From the NCBI GenBank assembly GCA_002269645.1, contig NIVC01004550.1, positions 1 to 42,267 on the forward strand: a DNA stretch of 42,267 nucleotides. Direction: 5' to 3'. The position numbers and the translations under genes were made by a program. The notes beneath the pieces were generated by a model that was not told the origin of the DNA, made no database searches, and saw nothing but the letters and a program-made list of their open reading frames with translations. Shown here piece by piece: positions 1 through 9,752 of the stretch. The stretch is from Macrostomum lignano (lineage: Eukaryota). The stretch's first letter is position 1, and every line of letters begins with the position of its first letter.

Positions 1-61
1 GGCTGACAGACAGGCAGACAGACAGACAGACAGACACGAAGACAGACAGACATACAGACAG

Positions 62-94
<33 letters not shown>

Positions 95-105
95 CTAAGA
101 CAGAC

Positions 106-137
<32 letters not shown>

Positions 138-240
138 CAGACAGACAGACAGACTGACGACAGACAGACACTAAGAGCAGACAGACAGACAGACAGACAG
201 ACAGACACAGACAGACAGACAGACTGACGGACAGACAGAC
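1..240. repeat. (GACA)n/(CAGA)n degenerate microsatellite
   Basis: Continuous gaca/caga tetramers with scattered variants from the window start. Confidence 0.95.
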
Positions 241-442
241 ACTAATACACCAAGATATGAAGACACCGAGACACCAAAACAGCAAGACACTAATACACCA
301 AGATATGAAGACACCGAGACACCAAAAGAGCAAGACACTAATACACCAAGATATGAAGACACCGAGACACCAAAAACAGACAGACACTAATACACCAAGA
401 TATGAAGACACCGAGACACCAAAACAGCAAGACACTAATACA
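239..442. repeat. 48-bp tandem repeat, ~4 copies
   Basis: Unit ACACTAATACACCAAGATATGAAGACACCGAGACACCAAAACAGCAAG repeated; gives the 16-aa periodicity of the 257..502 ORF. Confidence 0.9.
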
Positions 443-1350
443 CAGACGAACAAGCGAACGAGGCAGTTAAGACCGTTGCCCTACTCAAGCCGCCAATTCT
501 AGCAGTTGCAATATAATTTGGCCGAACGCAGAACACTCGATTTGCGCTGGATGCGAATCAGAATGTCTGAACTCATTTATGCATGGGGTCATTTCTTCCA
601 ACTTCTAAGCAAAAATGTATTTTTATATATAAATTTAGCATAGCATATCCCGGGCTTACTCGCTAATCCCGTTGTCAAAATCCCACGACTCCATAATAAC
701 GCTGCTGCACTAAACTCGATGTGAGAGCGCGATGTCACTTTGCTTGCATTGCGTTTATAAAAATTGGTACATTATTAACTTTACTGTTGGAATTGATTTA
801 TTCATATTCGTCCCGCATTCAGATAATTATATTTCGTTAAGGTTGACGAGTGACGGTGGACTCTCGCTTCGCTTGAGCATCAGTTCTGTTCTGAGTAGTG
901 AAAAACGAAGTCGGATAATTTTTTTCAAAGAAGTTTTTAAAAATACAGCAAATGTTCTCTGATACTACTGCTAAATATTTATTGGCTGATAGGGTTTTCT
1001 GGTCAGTAATTATCTGGTCAGTAATCCGGTCAGTTTCTCCTGACGCAGAATTTGATTTATCAAAGTTTGACTTAAAAATTGTTCAAATTTATAGATCGTT
1101 TCATCGAACTATTGGCAAGTTATCAGAATTCGAAAAAAATATTTTAACCGATATGTATCGAAAAAATATAACACTGAGAAAATTCCGGCTTACGGTACTC
1201 TCCATTCCAAGTAAAAAGTAGCATATTTTTAAAACTAAAAGAGCAGATATTTAAACAAGGTACAATATTTCATATTAAAACGTTAATTTCGGTAGGATGA
1301 TTAGCAATAAGTACAAATGGAATAATGAACGGCGTTAAAACAAAAGAATT

Positions 1351-1440
1351 TCCGGTGAGGCGGATTTGAACCACCGACCTAAGGATCACTGCACATTTGC
1401 ACTCTACAGTCCTCCGCTCTACCAACTGAGCTATCACCGG
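1351..1440 (-). tRNA. tRNA-Tyr-GTA: tRNA-Tyr(GUA) with 17-nt intron (1387-1403)
   Basis: Minus strand CCGGTGATAGCTCAGTTGGTAGAGCGGAGGACTGTAG-[AGTGCAAATGTGCAGTG]-ATCCTTAGGTCGGTGGTTCAAATCCGCCTCACCGGA. Acceptor stem CCGGTGA/TCACCGG, anticodon GTA (1407-1405), intron at the canonical 37/38 position, A and B boxes, and TTTT runs just downstream (Pol III terminator). Confidence 0.96.
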
Positions 1441-1580
1441 GGCTGACCAGAGGGAAGTTTATCCATATGTTTAAATAAGACTGTATACTATTTTCACTTG
1501 CAGATCTTGAGCTGGCTTGTACTTGTTGTCTGAGAATGCCGCCGCAACAGTCAAATTTGTGAGAGGCTAGTTTATCAAGC

Positions 1581-1910
1581 ATGACTCAGCAAATTTCCTA
1601 CTCAACCGTTGGATGGTTATTCCTATTCCTTGTGCTGTTGGCGGTAGTAGGCATTCTGCATCAAACGTGCACGACCAAGTCGCCGCTGATGCACACGTCG
1701 CCGGCTCTGATGCCGCAGTCGGCGTTGGCTGCGATGGTCGAGAGCGAGGCCCAAGAGGAGGAGGAAGAGGACATTCGAGTTCGTCGCTTACCTCAAGCCA
1801 TCGTCATCGGGGCCCGGAAGTGCGGCACCAGGGCGCTGCTTGACTTCCTGGAGGTGCACCCGCGGGTACGCGCGCTCGCGGGAGGTGCACTATTTCGATC
1901 GCGAGGAGAG
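1581..1910 (+). CDS. HS3ST: Heparan sulfate glucosamine 3-O-sulfotransferase, coding exon 1 (apparent frameshift at ~1881)
   Basis: N-terminal hydrophobic anchor (VGWLFLFLVLLAVVGIL), then RRLPQAIVIGARKCGTRALLDFLEVHP (5'-PSB loop). The family motif EVHYFDREER continues in a shifted frame from 1882 and ends at donor AG|GTGAGG (1911). Confidence 0.9.
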
Positions 1911-1950
1911 GTGAGGGTGTTGTGCTTTTTGTGAACTGCAGTTCCTGTTT

Positions 1951-2014
1951 GAATGTCCTCAGGGTGCACTCTGTCATCAGCACTGTGTTCAGGGGGTGCT
2001 GTCCTCAGGTCACT
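1951..2014. repeat. Degenerate ~16-bp minisatellite (CACTGTCCTCAGGGG), left block in HS3ST intron 1
   Basis: About 4 imperfect tgtcctcagg-like units; same motif as 2755-2873. Confidence 0.65.
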
Positions 2015-2754
2015 ATCATTAGTCGGCAATGTACACTAGCCTCTCGTTAGTGCTGCGCAATGTCAGTTTGAAAAGTTACTATACTCGTATAGATACTCCG
2101 GTGATAGAAAGTTGCTATGAGCAGTATATACATGTCCGAAGCCTCAGGCCAGTTGCATTCCAGGTTGCATTCCAGCTTGTGTCATGTCCTGAGTCATTTG
2201 GTACGATACCGTTATCCTCTGCGGCATGGTTTTAAATGAAAAAAAACTGTACCCAATATGTCCGGGTCAAATTTATCCGGGGGAGCACTATTTATAAAAA
2301 GTTCCAATTGCACCTAACAGTAAGTGAACTTTACTTTCTACCCCCACGCAGCACTTTGGGCATGTCCTGTTCTTGTAAGGAATCTTTGGTCTCACAGTCC
2401 TCATAAGTGTTTCGCAGGCTGGTTTATGGATTGCTAATCTAACCTGTGACAGGGTGCGCTTGAATTCTTGATTAGAGATCTCCTGTACATAATTTTCGGT
2501 TGAGTAGCAGCATTGGAAGCTTTGTATTGGAGAAGCGTGTCTTTCAAGGGTCATTAACCTTGGAGACGCCCTCGTGATGACGCCAAAACCAATGATCGCC
2601 ACTCACTTGCTTTAGTCTTAGCATACTGTAAGTAGTGCCATTGTTACAAATAGCCATGTTTATAATGTTTATTTAAAAATTGCAACTAGGCACATGTCAA
2701 ATGTTGTCCTAACTTTTTACTTTTGGCCCAAAAATTAACTAGTTAAATATTTCA

Positions 2755-2873
2755 ACACTGTCCTCTGGGGGAAGCAATGTCCTCAGCTGGCATTGTCCTC
2801 AGGGGCACTGTCGTCAGGGGACACTGTCCTCACGGGGCACGGTTCTCAGAGGGGGGCACTGATCTCAGGGGCG
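2755..2873. repeat. Degenerate ~16-bp minisatellite (CACTGTCCTCAGGGG), right block in HS3ST intron 1
   Basis: About 7 imperfect units such as cactgtcctctgggg, cattgtcctcagggg and cactgtcgtcagggg. Confidence 0.7.
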
Positions 2874-3043
2874 CAATCGACCAATAAGCAGACTGTTCGA
2901 ATTCGAGACTATTTGGCACAATAGGTACGAGGTAAATTGGTAAATTGCAATCATCAAATCGTTGCTTATGCTTGGTCTATATGTTCCCGTAAAGCCAATC
3001 GAACTTACCCGACACTCGGGCATCTCCCGACTGGTATCCGCAG

Positions 3044-3382
3044 GCACAACCTTGGCCTGTCGTGGTACCGCGGCCAGATGCCGCTCAGCCGACCCGGCGA
3101 TGTCACCTTGGAGAAGTCACCAGCCTATTTCGTCACCGAGGCTGCCCCAGCTCGGGTGTGGCGCATGAACACCAGCATCCAGCTAATCCTCATTCTGCGC
3201 GATCCCGTGGACCGCGTTGTCAGCGACTATGCGCAGCACGTGCACCGGCGAGTCTCCAAGGACTTGCCGCCCAAGCCGATCGAAAGTCTCGTGCTGACGC
3301 GCAACGGCGATGGCCGGGTGAATTCGAACGCCAAGATGGTGCAAACATCGCTCTATCACAGACATCTGCGGCGGTGGCTCAG
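3044..3382 (+). CDS. HS3ST: HS3ST coding exon 2
   Basis: Acceptor CAG (3041-3043), phase matches exon 1. Encodes GLSWYRGQMP, EKSPAYF and LILILRDPVDRVVSDY (3'-PB motif). Donor AG|GTGAGT at 3383. Confidence 0.93.
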
Positions 3383-3679
3383 GTGAGTAAAATCGAGTGG
3401 CTTATTGGTTACCCGTCTGACTCGTATTCGTGTAACATGTGTGAGTTCAAGGCTTAGCGCAATTGGCTCCGCCACCACTTGTCTCGTGGCTCGTGGTTCC
3501 CTCAAAAGTTACTGAATCTTAATCACATTGCTTAACCAGTTCGTAACTCCTGAACCAGGTGACTTCGTGACGCGTTCTTCTCATGAGTTTCGACTTATCG
3601 CCAACTGTATTTGGGTTTCTGAACGCTTTGAAAAAGTTTTTCTTAACAGTAAAGCCAATTGGTTTCTCATACCGCTCAG

Positions 3680-4043
3680 GTACTTCAAGCCCGACCAGAT
3701 CCACCTGGTGGATGGCGATCGGCTGGTCAGTCAACCGCACTCGGAGCTGCAGCAGGTCGAGGACTTTCTCGGCTTAAAGCGGCACATTCGTCCGGAGCAT
3801 TTTGTCTTCAACGCCACCAAAGGCTTCTACTGTCTGGCTCCGTCTGTTAGCAGCGGCCGAGGTAAAAAACGCAGACAGCGCTGCCTCGGCTCCGAGAAAG
3901 GCCGCCGACACCCGAGCGTGGCTAATTCTACTCTGACGGCGCTGCGCCACTTTTTTGCTGGACACGACGAACGCCTCGTCCAGCTGACTGGGCGCACTTT
4001 TGATTGGATGCGACGGAACGCCCAGCAGTTTGGAGAAGAGTAA
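3680..4043 (+). CDS. HS3ST: HS3ST coding exon 3 (terminal)
   Basis: Acceptor CTCAG (AG at 3678-3679), phase 2. Encodes YFKPDQIHLVDGDRL, FVFNATKGFYCL and CLGSEKGRRHP; stop TAA at 4041-4043. Confidence 0.93.
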
Positions 4044-4358
4044 ACGGTGGTGAAGCCTCTTTCAATAGCCTAATTATTAGCCGAATTCCGCTTGCTTGTC
4101 TAGAAAATAAGAATCCATTGCCATTCGGGACGCATCGAACTTTAATAAAGAGACTCAAAAGATATGGCTTTTAGAAACTAAAGGAAAGGTTTTCCATGGA
4201 AATAAACTGCCAATAGGATGGAACAGTCGTAAACGGATGATGCTTAGAGCTCAAGATAACGCAAAACAAACATTGCTGACTCAGATTACAACTCAATAGT
4301 ATTCCACCGTTTGCACTGGTGCTGTTGTCCATGGTCAATATTTTGTTAGCGCAAGTGC

Positions 4359-5230
4359 GCAGATAAGCGAAATCTCACACTAAACCATAGACGTCTGCAC
4401 CAGTGCAGATAAGCGAAAACTTACACTAAACCATAGACATCTGCACCAGTGCAGATAAGCGAAATCTCACACTAAACCATAGACATCTGCACCAGTGCAG
4501 ATAAGCGAAATCTCACACTAAACCATAGACATCTGCACCAGTGCAGATAAGCGAAATCCCACACTAAACCATAGACATCTGCACCAGTGCAGATAAGCGA
4601 AATCCCACACTAAACCATAGAGATCTGCACCAGTGCAGAAAAGCGAAATCTCACACTAAACCATAGACATCTGCACCAGTGCAGAAAAGCAAAATCTCAC
4701 ACTAAACCATAGACATCTGCACCAGTGCAGATAAGCGAAATCCCACACTAAACCATAGACATCTGCACCAGTGCAGATAAGCGAAATCTCACACTAAACC
4801 ATAGACATCTGCACCAGTGCAGATAAGCGAAATCTCACACTAAACCATAGACATCTGCACCAGTGCAGATAAGCGAAATCCCACACTAACCATAGAGATC
4901 TGCACCAGTGCAGATAAGCGAAATCCCACACTAAACCATAGACATCTGCACCAGTGCAGATAAGCGAAATCTCACACTAAACCATAGACATCTGCACCAG
5001 TGCAGATAAGCGAAATCCCACACTAACCATAGACATCTGCACCAGTGCAGATAAGCGAAATCTCACACTAAACCATAGACATCTGCACCAGTGCAGATAA
5101 GCGAAATCCCACACTAACCATAGAGATCTGCACCAGTGCAGAAAAGCGAAATCTCACACTAAACCATAGACATCTGCACCAGTGCAGATAAGCGAAATCC
5201 CACACTAAACCATAGTCATCTGCACCAGTG
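4359..5230. repeat. 46-bp minisatellite, ~19 copies, with a palindromic core
   Basis: Unit GTGCAGATAAGCGAAATCTCACACTAAACCATAGACATCTGCACCA head-to-tail; each junction forms ATCTGCAC-CA-GTGCAGAT. Confidence 0.96.
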
Positions 5231-6050
5231 GCTATCGCAATTGTGCACCCACTGGCTTGACGAGTTTCAGTTCCGTTGTGGATCTAGATGAATTCTTGAT
5301 TGCTGATGCAGACGCACGATAAAACTGTGCTGCGATGACTTTTTGTTTCTTGGAATATGAACGCACATGTAAAATCTGATTTACATGTTACTTGAATCTG
5401 ATTTCTCTGCAAGTATTGAATTATTGATTTATTGTTTAATTCAATTTCTTCGTATTGCTGTGGTGTTAAAGCAATCGGTTAAACAGCTTTCGCCATTTGT
5501 AATTAACTTTTGTTTAAATGAGAGCGATCGATTTACCCTGGCTACCTATGACAGTTTTGTCAGTTGTAAATAATTTTGTTTGGTTGGTTAGCCTTTCACT
5601 TCCGATGTTTGCCCTCATTCTTATAGAAAACGAATTGTAATTGTTTCTGAATGTATACGACAGTTTTATTTCCTGTATTAAAATCGCGCTCTCACTCTCA
5701 CATCGCGCTGCTTTTGCACTGCCAGAAGTTTATAGTTTCATCCAGCCTATTGCGAGTTTGGTTTTCACTTGACTTCATTCAATATTCGTTGGAGTAAACA
5801 TTCTGTTATATAAAAATACAATCAAAAAGTAACGTGATGAGCCCAGTGATATTCTCAGTTACGTTTGTGTACTTGCTAAATATTAACTAGATCTGAATCT
5901 TTGTTACCTGACGCAACTTTGACGCTCATTTAATAGATTTTTAGCAGAGAGCTCAGAAAGTGCGAACCCGGGTTCCCTTCCCTGAACTGCCCGCCTGCGG
6001 CTTCATGATGAAGGGACAGCAGCGAGACATCGTCTATGGCCAAGCGATAG

Positions 6051-6243
6051 CCATTGTCGGCTGATTTTCCATGCAAGAATGGCATTCTTGCACTCTTTTG
6101 CGTGCAGGAATGGATGTCTATGGTAAAATCTCACTGAAAAAGCATTAGGCGCAGAAATGCATTCCTGCACGGTTTTGTGCATTCCTGCACGATGAATCAT
6201 CCGACAATGGAATTCCTTCACGTTCACTCGTGCGTGAAGGAAT
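6051..6243. repeat. Cluster of short inverted repeats (MITE/foldback-like)
   Basis: CCATTGTCGGCTGATT (6051-6066) vs AATCATCCGACAATGG (6195-6210), 15/16 inverted match; TGCAAGAATG-G-CATTCTTGCA (6072-6092); ATTCCTTCACG/CGTGAAGGAAT (6212-6243). Confidence 0.6.
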
Positions 6244-6259
6244 ATATCAGTGTCTGCGG

Positions 6260-6576
6260 CACCAAAATGAGTGCCTGAATGCGACACCAAAATGAGTGCC
6301 TGAATGCAGAGCCAAAATGAGTGCCTGAATGCGACACCAAAATGAGTGCCTGAATGCAGAGCCAAAATGAGTGCCTGAATGCGACACCAAAATGAGTGCC
6401 TGAATGCAGAGCCAAAATGAGTGCCTGAATGCGACACCAAAATGAGTGCCTGAATGCAGAGCCAAAATGAGTGCCTGAATGCAGAGCCAAATTGAGTGCC
6501 TGAATGAATGAAGAGCCAAAATGAGTGCCTGAATGCAGAGCCAAATTGAGTGCCTGAATGCAGAGCCAAAATGAGT
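6260..6576. repeat. 25-bp minisatellite, ~12 copies, with a 50-bp dimeric higher-order portion
   Basis: CAAAATGAGTGCCTGAATGC followed by GACAC or AGAGC; the first 8 units alternate strictly. Confidence 0.95.
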
Positions 6577-7318
6577 TTTTTCATTTTCAGATTAAAAAAT
6601 TATCAGCAAATTGAATTTCTCAATGCAGTATACATTGAATTCTACGAAATATTCGCATACCCTAAGTCCTAAACTATAGCTCAGACTCAATTAAGCGTTC
6701 ACGCAGTTTTTTGATACTTTGAAACCTATAGGAATTCACGCGCTGTCCATCTGCTGCGCTACTGACCAACTTTATCAACTGAACAAACAACTAACGAGCT
6801 GGTTTAAACGGGATCCCTACCAAGAAGCTTCAGAAGCTGAGCAATCCAAAAGCCTGCTTTAGTTCCTCCAGAGAACTTAAGACTGGCGATCTACATGTAA
6901 CGATGCCGCAGCCACATGCTTTACATTCGACGGCTGTGCACAGACTTAAGAAGCTCGGATCTTTCAACTGAACCTCGATTGCTATAAAATAACAGCCAGG
7001 TTAATTGCATCTCAGCTTGATTTGTCGCTCTCCTCAAAGCGGCTTTCACGAAGCAGACAAACTCAGCAACTGACAGCCAATTAACATGCTTAACTTTTCT
7101 TTTCGGACGGCAAAAGTGCTAACAAACTGAGCACAGCCGGTAGAAAAAAGGGACAGAAAATAGCCAGAGTAATAACCAGAGAATAACAGAAATTTTTTCA
7201 ATAAAGCAAAAGATAAAAGGAAATAAATATTAACTTGATGCTCGAAAATGTTTTGAACATTCTGTCAGTCCACGAGTCAAGCAGTTCAAAGACCCTGCAA
7301 TCAGACTCGGTCCGAGTG

Positions 7319-8410
7319 CTAACGCACGCTCTGTCGATTGCTGGCCGTCGAGCTGCTGCCAGAAGCGCCCGGTCGACGACGGCAGGAGGCGCAGCAGCAG
7401 CAGCACAGGGACAGCCACACTCGGCAAAACGCCTCTCGAAAGTTCCGTCCCATCAAGTACGTCACCCAGCACAGAGCGTTGTTCGCGTACAGCAGCGAGT
7501 TGAAGTGCCGCATCATCAATATGAAGAAGTTCAGTCCGAGCTTATTTAGAATTTGGACTTCGAGCAGAGCGCCGATGCTCCACGGCAAAGACGTGATCAG
7601 AAAGAAGACGTTGATGAAGACCAGCATGAGGCTGATCCGAACAAGCGACCTCTGTCGCTCTCGGTTGCTTCGCTGCTGCTGCTCAGAGCCGGCCGTGTCG
7701 GAGTGCATTCGCCGAGCGGTCCTGTTGTTCCAGGCCAGCAGCACGCAGATGACCACCGTGCCCGACGTCAGCGCCAGAACGAGGAACACCCTGCCGAAGT
7801 AGAACTCGACCGGCTGGTACACGAACATAAGGTAGTTCATGCTTCGTAATCCGCAGGTGTTTGTGGAGTCGTTCCACGTTCTATTCGCAATGAACATGAT
7901 CGGCAGTAGAAGTGACATTGCAGTGATGAGGCTCAGCATTACCCAGCTTCTCCGATGTGTCAGAATCACCTTGGCCTTCATCGGAACCGCTACTGCAATC
8001 AGCCGATCTACCGTGAGACCCAGTTGAAAAAACTGGGATCCCGCTAGCGCATAGTATGTAAAGAAGTCGTACACAATGCACCAAGCGAGTCTCCAGCCTC
8101 TCGGATCGGTGAACCAAGTCTACTTGTTTGTCTTCACGTAGAATGCCATGTAGCCAAAGTAGTGAGTGCTCACCTTGCACGTGAGAATGAGAAAGTCACT
8201 GGCAGTGATGATGGTGAGGTACTGCCTGGTGACGTAGGGAAACGACTTCCTGTTGGACACGATCACGTAGAAGGAGACGGCGTTCGCGACCGCTCCGACC
8301 AGACAGAGCAGCGGAAAGAGCCAGACGAAGACGTTCCAGATGAACCAGTTCCAGGTGGGGTCGTGGAACCAGGGCTCACTTGCAGCAGCTGTTGTATTGG
8401 TGCCCTTCAT
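7319..8410 (-). CDS. Intronless class A (rhodopsin-family, peptide-receptor-like) GPCR, 363 codons including one in-frame TAG at 8122-8120
   Basis: ORFs 8120..8416 and 7319..8074 are in the same frame, joined by TAG plus TWFTDPRGWRLAWCI. Seven hydrophobic segments; TM1 GAVAN, TM2 ASD, TM3 Cys and DRLIAV, ECL2 Cys (NTCG), TM6 LITSLP, TM7 ANNALCWVTY, helix 8 RNFR and a Cys cluster; N-terminal NTT sequon. ATG at 8410. Confidence 0.88.
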
Positions 8411-8439
8411 TATCACCTGTGGCTAGCGGTTTGAATCCA

Positions 8440-9010
8440 TGCAAAAGTAAATTTTGCGATACCCTGGTACGTGCTGTTGGAATAATAAATTCGCATCTTT
8501 GATGAGAAGAGTCAATTTTTTAAGGCAAGGTTTCGTTCAGTGACAGAGACGAGTCAGTTTTTGCATTCGATTTGCACTGGCCAATCACATGTATTTGCAG
8601 TTTTTGAGAATACATGTTTGCCAGGATAGTAGAATGCAGTTGAATCTCATGCCAGTTGGATACATATTTGCTTATAGCTTATTCGTTTCGTTTAAGAGTT
8701 AAAATATTGCAATGGTTGTAGACGCGGCCAGAATTGTCAGTGAATTTTTCTCACTTGTATGGACAAACATCCGTGAAACGGATTTAATTCTAGCTAATCC
8801 ACTCTCACTTGCAGGCAACTCGGTTGCTTCCAAAACAAATTTGCATAACCATGGCTTCTTTCCCGTTTGGTGAGCGGTAGCCAGCGCGACGTGTGGCAAA
8901 ATATCTTTGCAATTTAGCTATTTCCGCTTAGCTTCGCCACCAGAGGACGGCTTTGCAAATGGGCTGCAATTGAGACAAAGTTGGATCGTAAAATCATTAG
9001 TAATTTTTTG
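8440..9010 (+). repeat. Non-coding block 'R', copy 1
   Basis: Shares runs such as GCTGTTGGAAT..AAGAGTCAATTTTT..TTTCGT..GACAG.GACGAGT and TGGTTGTAGACGCGGC..CTAATCCACTC.CACTT.CAGGCAACTC with 14962-15610 and 28689-29400. Confidence 0.75.
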
Positions 9011-9706
9011 TACATGTACGTTTCCATGCACTAGTTCTAATACATGTAGCCTAAATAGAACAGAATAGTTGCACTACTGTGGAAGCTCAGTAGCGCTTCT
9101 GACTTTCGATGGAGTTCCGGGATTCGATTAAATCATGATTCATCCGCTGAGTTGGACCTGGAGTTGGTCGTTCTGCAACGCAATCGAGTGCCAAACACCA
9201 AGACGCTGGTGTACATGCCTGACGAGCGAGTGCATGCTCAGTGGACATAACTTCTTGCCACCTCGCCGCCACAAACAAGTAACAGAATAAGCAAGGACAA
9301 GATGCACTCTAAAAAATGTCACTGCCCATTCTGCTGACTCCTCCTGAGCACATAAAAGAACGCCAATACTGAACGCAAGCACGCACTCAAAAACACGTTC
9401 ACACAGGGTGCCTCCAGCAACACCTGCACAGGCCATGGGAAGTGAAACTAGCGATGGAGAGACGTCTGTAGCCCACACGAGCTCAAACCCTTGAAAATGT
9501 GCATTTTTTGTGTTGTTTTTGCGTGCGCTCTAGGCGGCCATCCCAGACCAGTTCTGGCTGGTTGGGGGGGGGGGGCGCTCGTCCCGGTTTGAGTCTTTCC
9601 CCGCGGCGGCCACTGGTTGGCTGGGCTTTTTTTTTTCTAGCCCCATTCAGTCGGATCTGCTCGGCGGGCGCGCTGATTGGCTGAGAGGTCATTTCTTATG
9701 TTTGGC

Positions 9707-9709
<3 letters not shown>

Positions 9710-9747
<38 letters not shown>
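9710..9747. repeat. (CT)n microsatellite
   Basis: Perfect CT dinucleotide run. Confidence 0.97.

Positions 9748-9752
<5 letters not shown>

Noticed and set aside
715-1221. ORFs 732..962 and 952..1221, and a weak inverted similarity to 5400-5700
   Set aside because: No recognisable domain; the similarity is limited to a 13-bp match (GTGAGAGCGCGAT) and short AT-rich words.
4359-5230. CRISPR array (palindromic repeats at regular spacing)
   Set aside because: The sequence between palindromes is itself repeated, so there are no unique spacers; there are no cas genes and the context is eukaryotic.
6003-6584. Repetitive ORFs over the 25-bp array, and ORFs 171..362 and 257..502 over the terminal repeats
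   Set aside because: Open only because the repeat units lack stop codons; no other coding evidence.
9088-9400. LINE ORF1/gag-like remnant (LTFDGVP...VPNTKTLVYMP)
   Set aside because: Only a faint resemblance across frameshifts; no clear CCHC knuckle.
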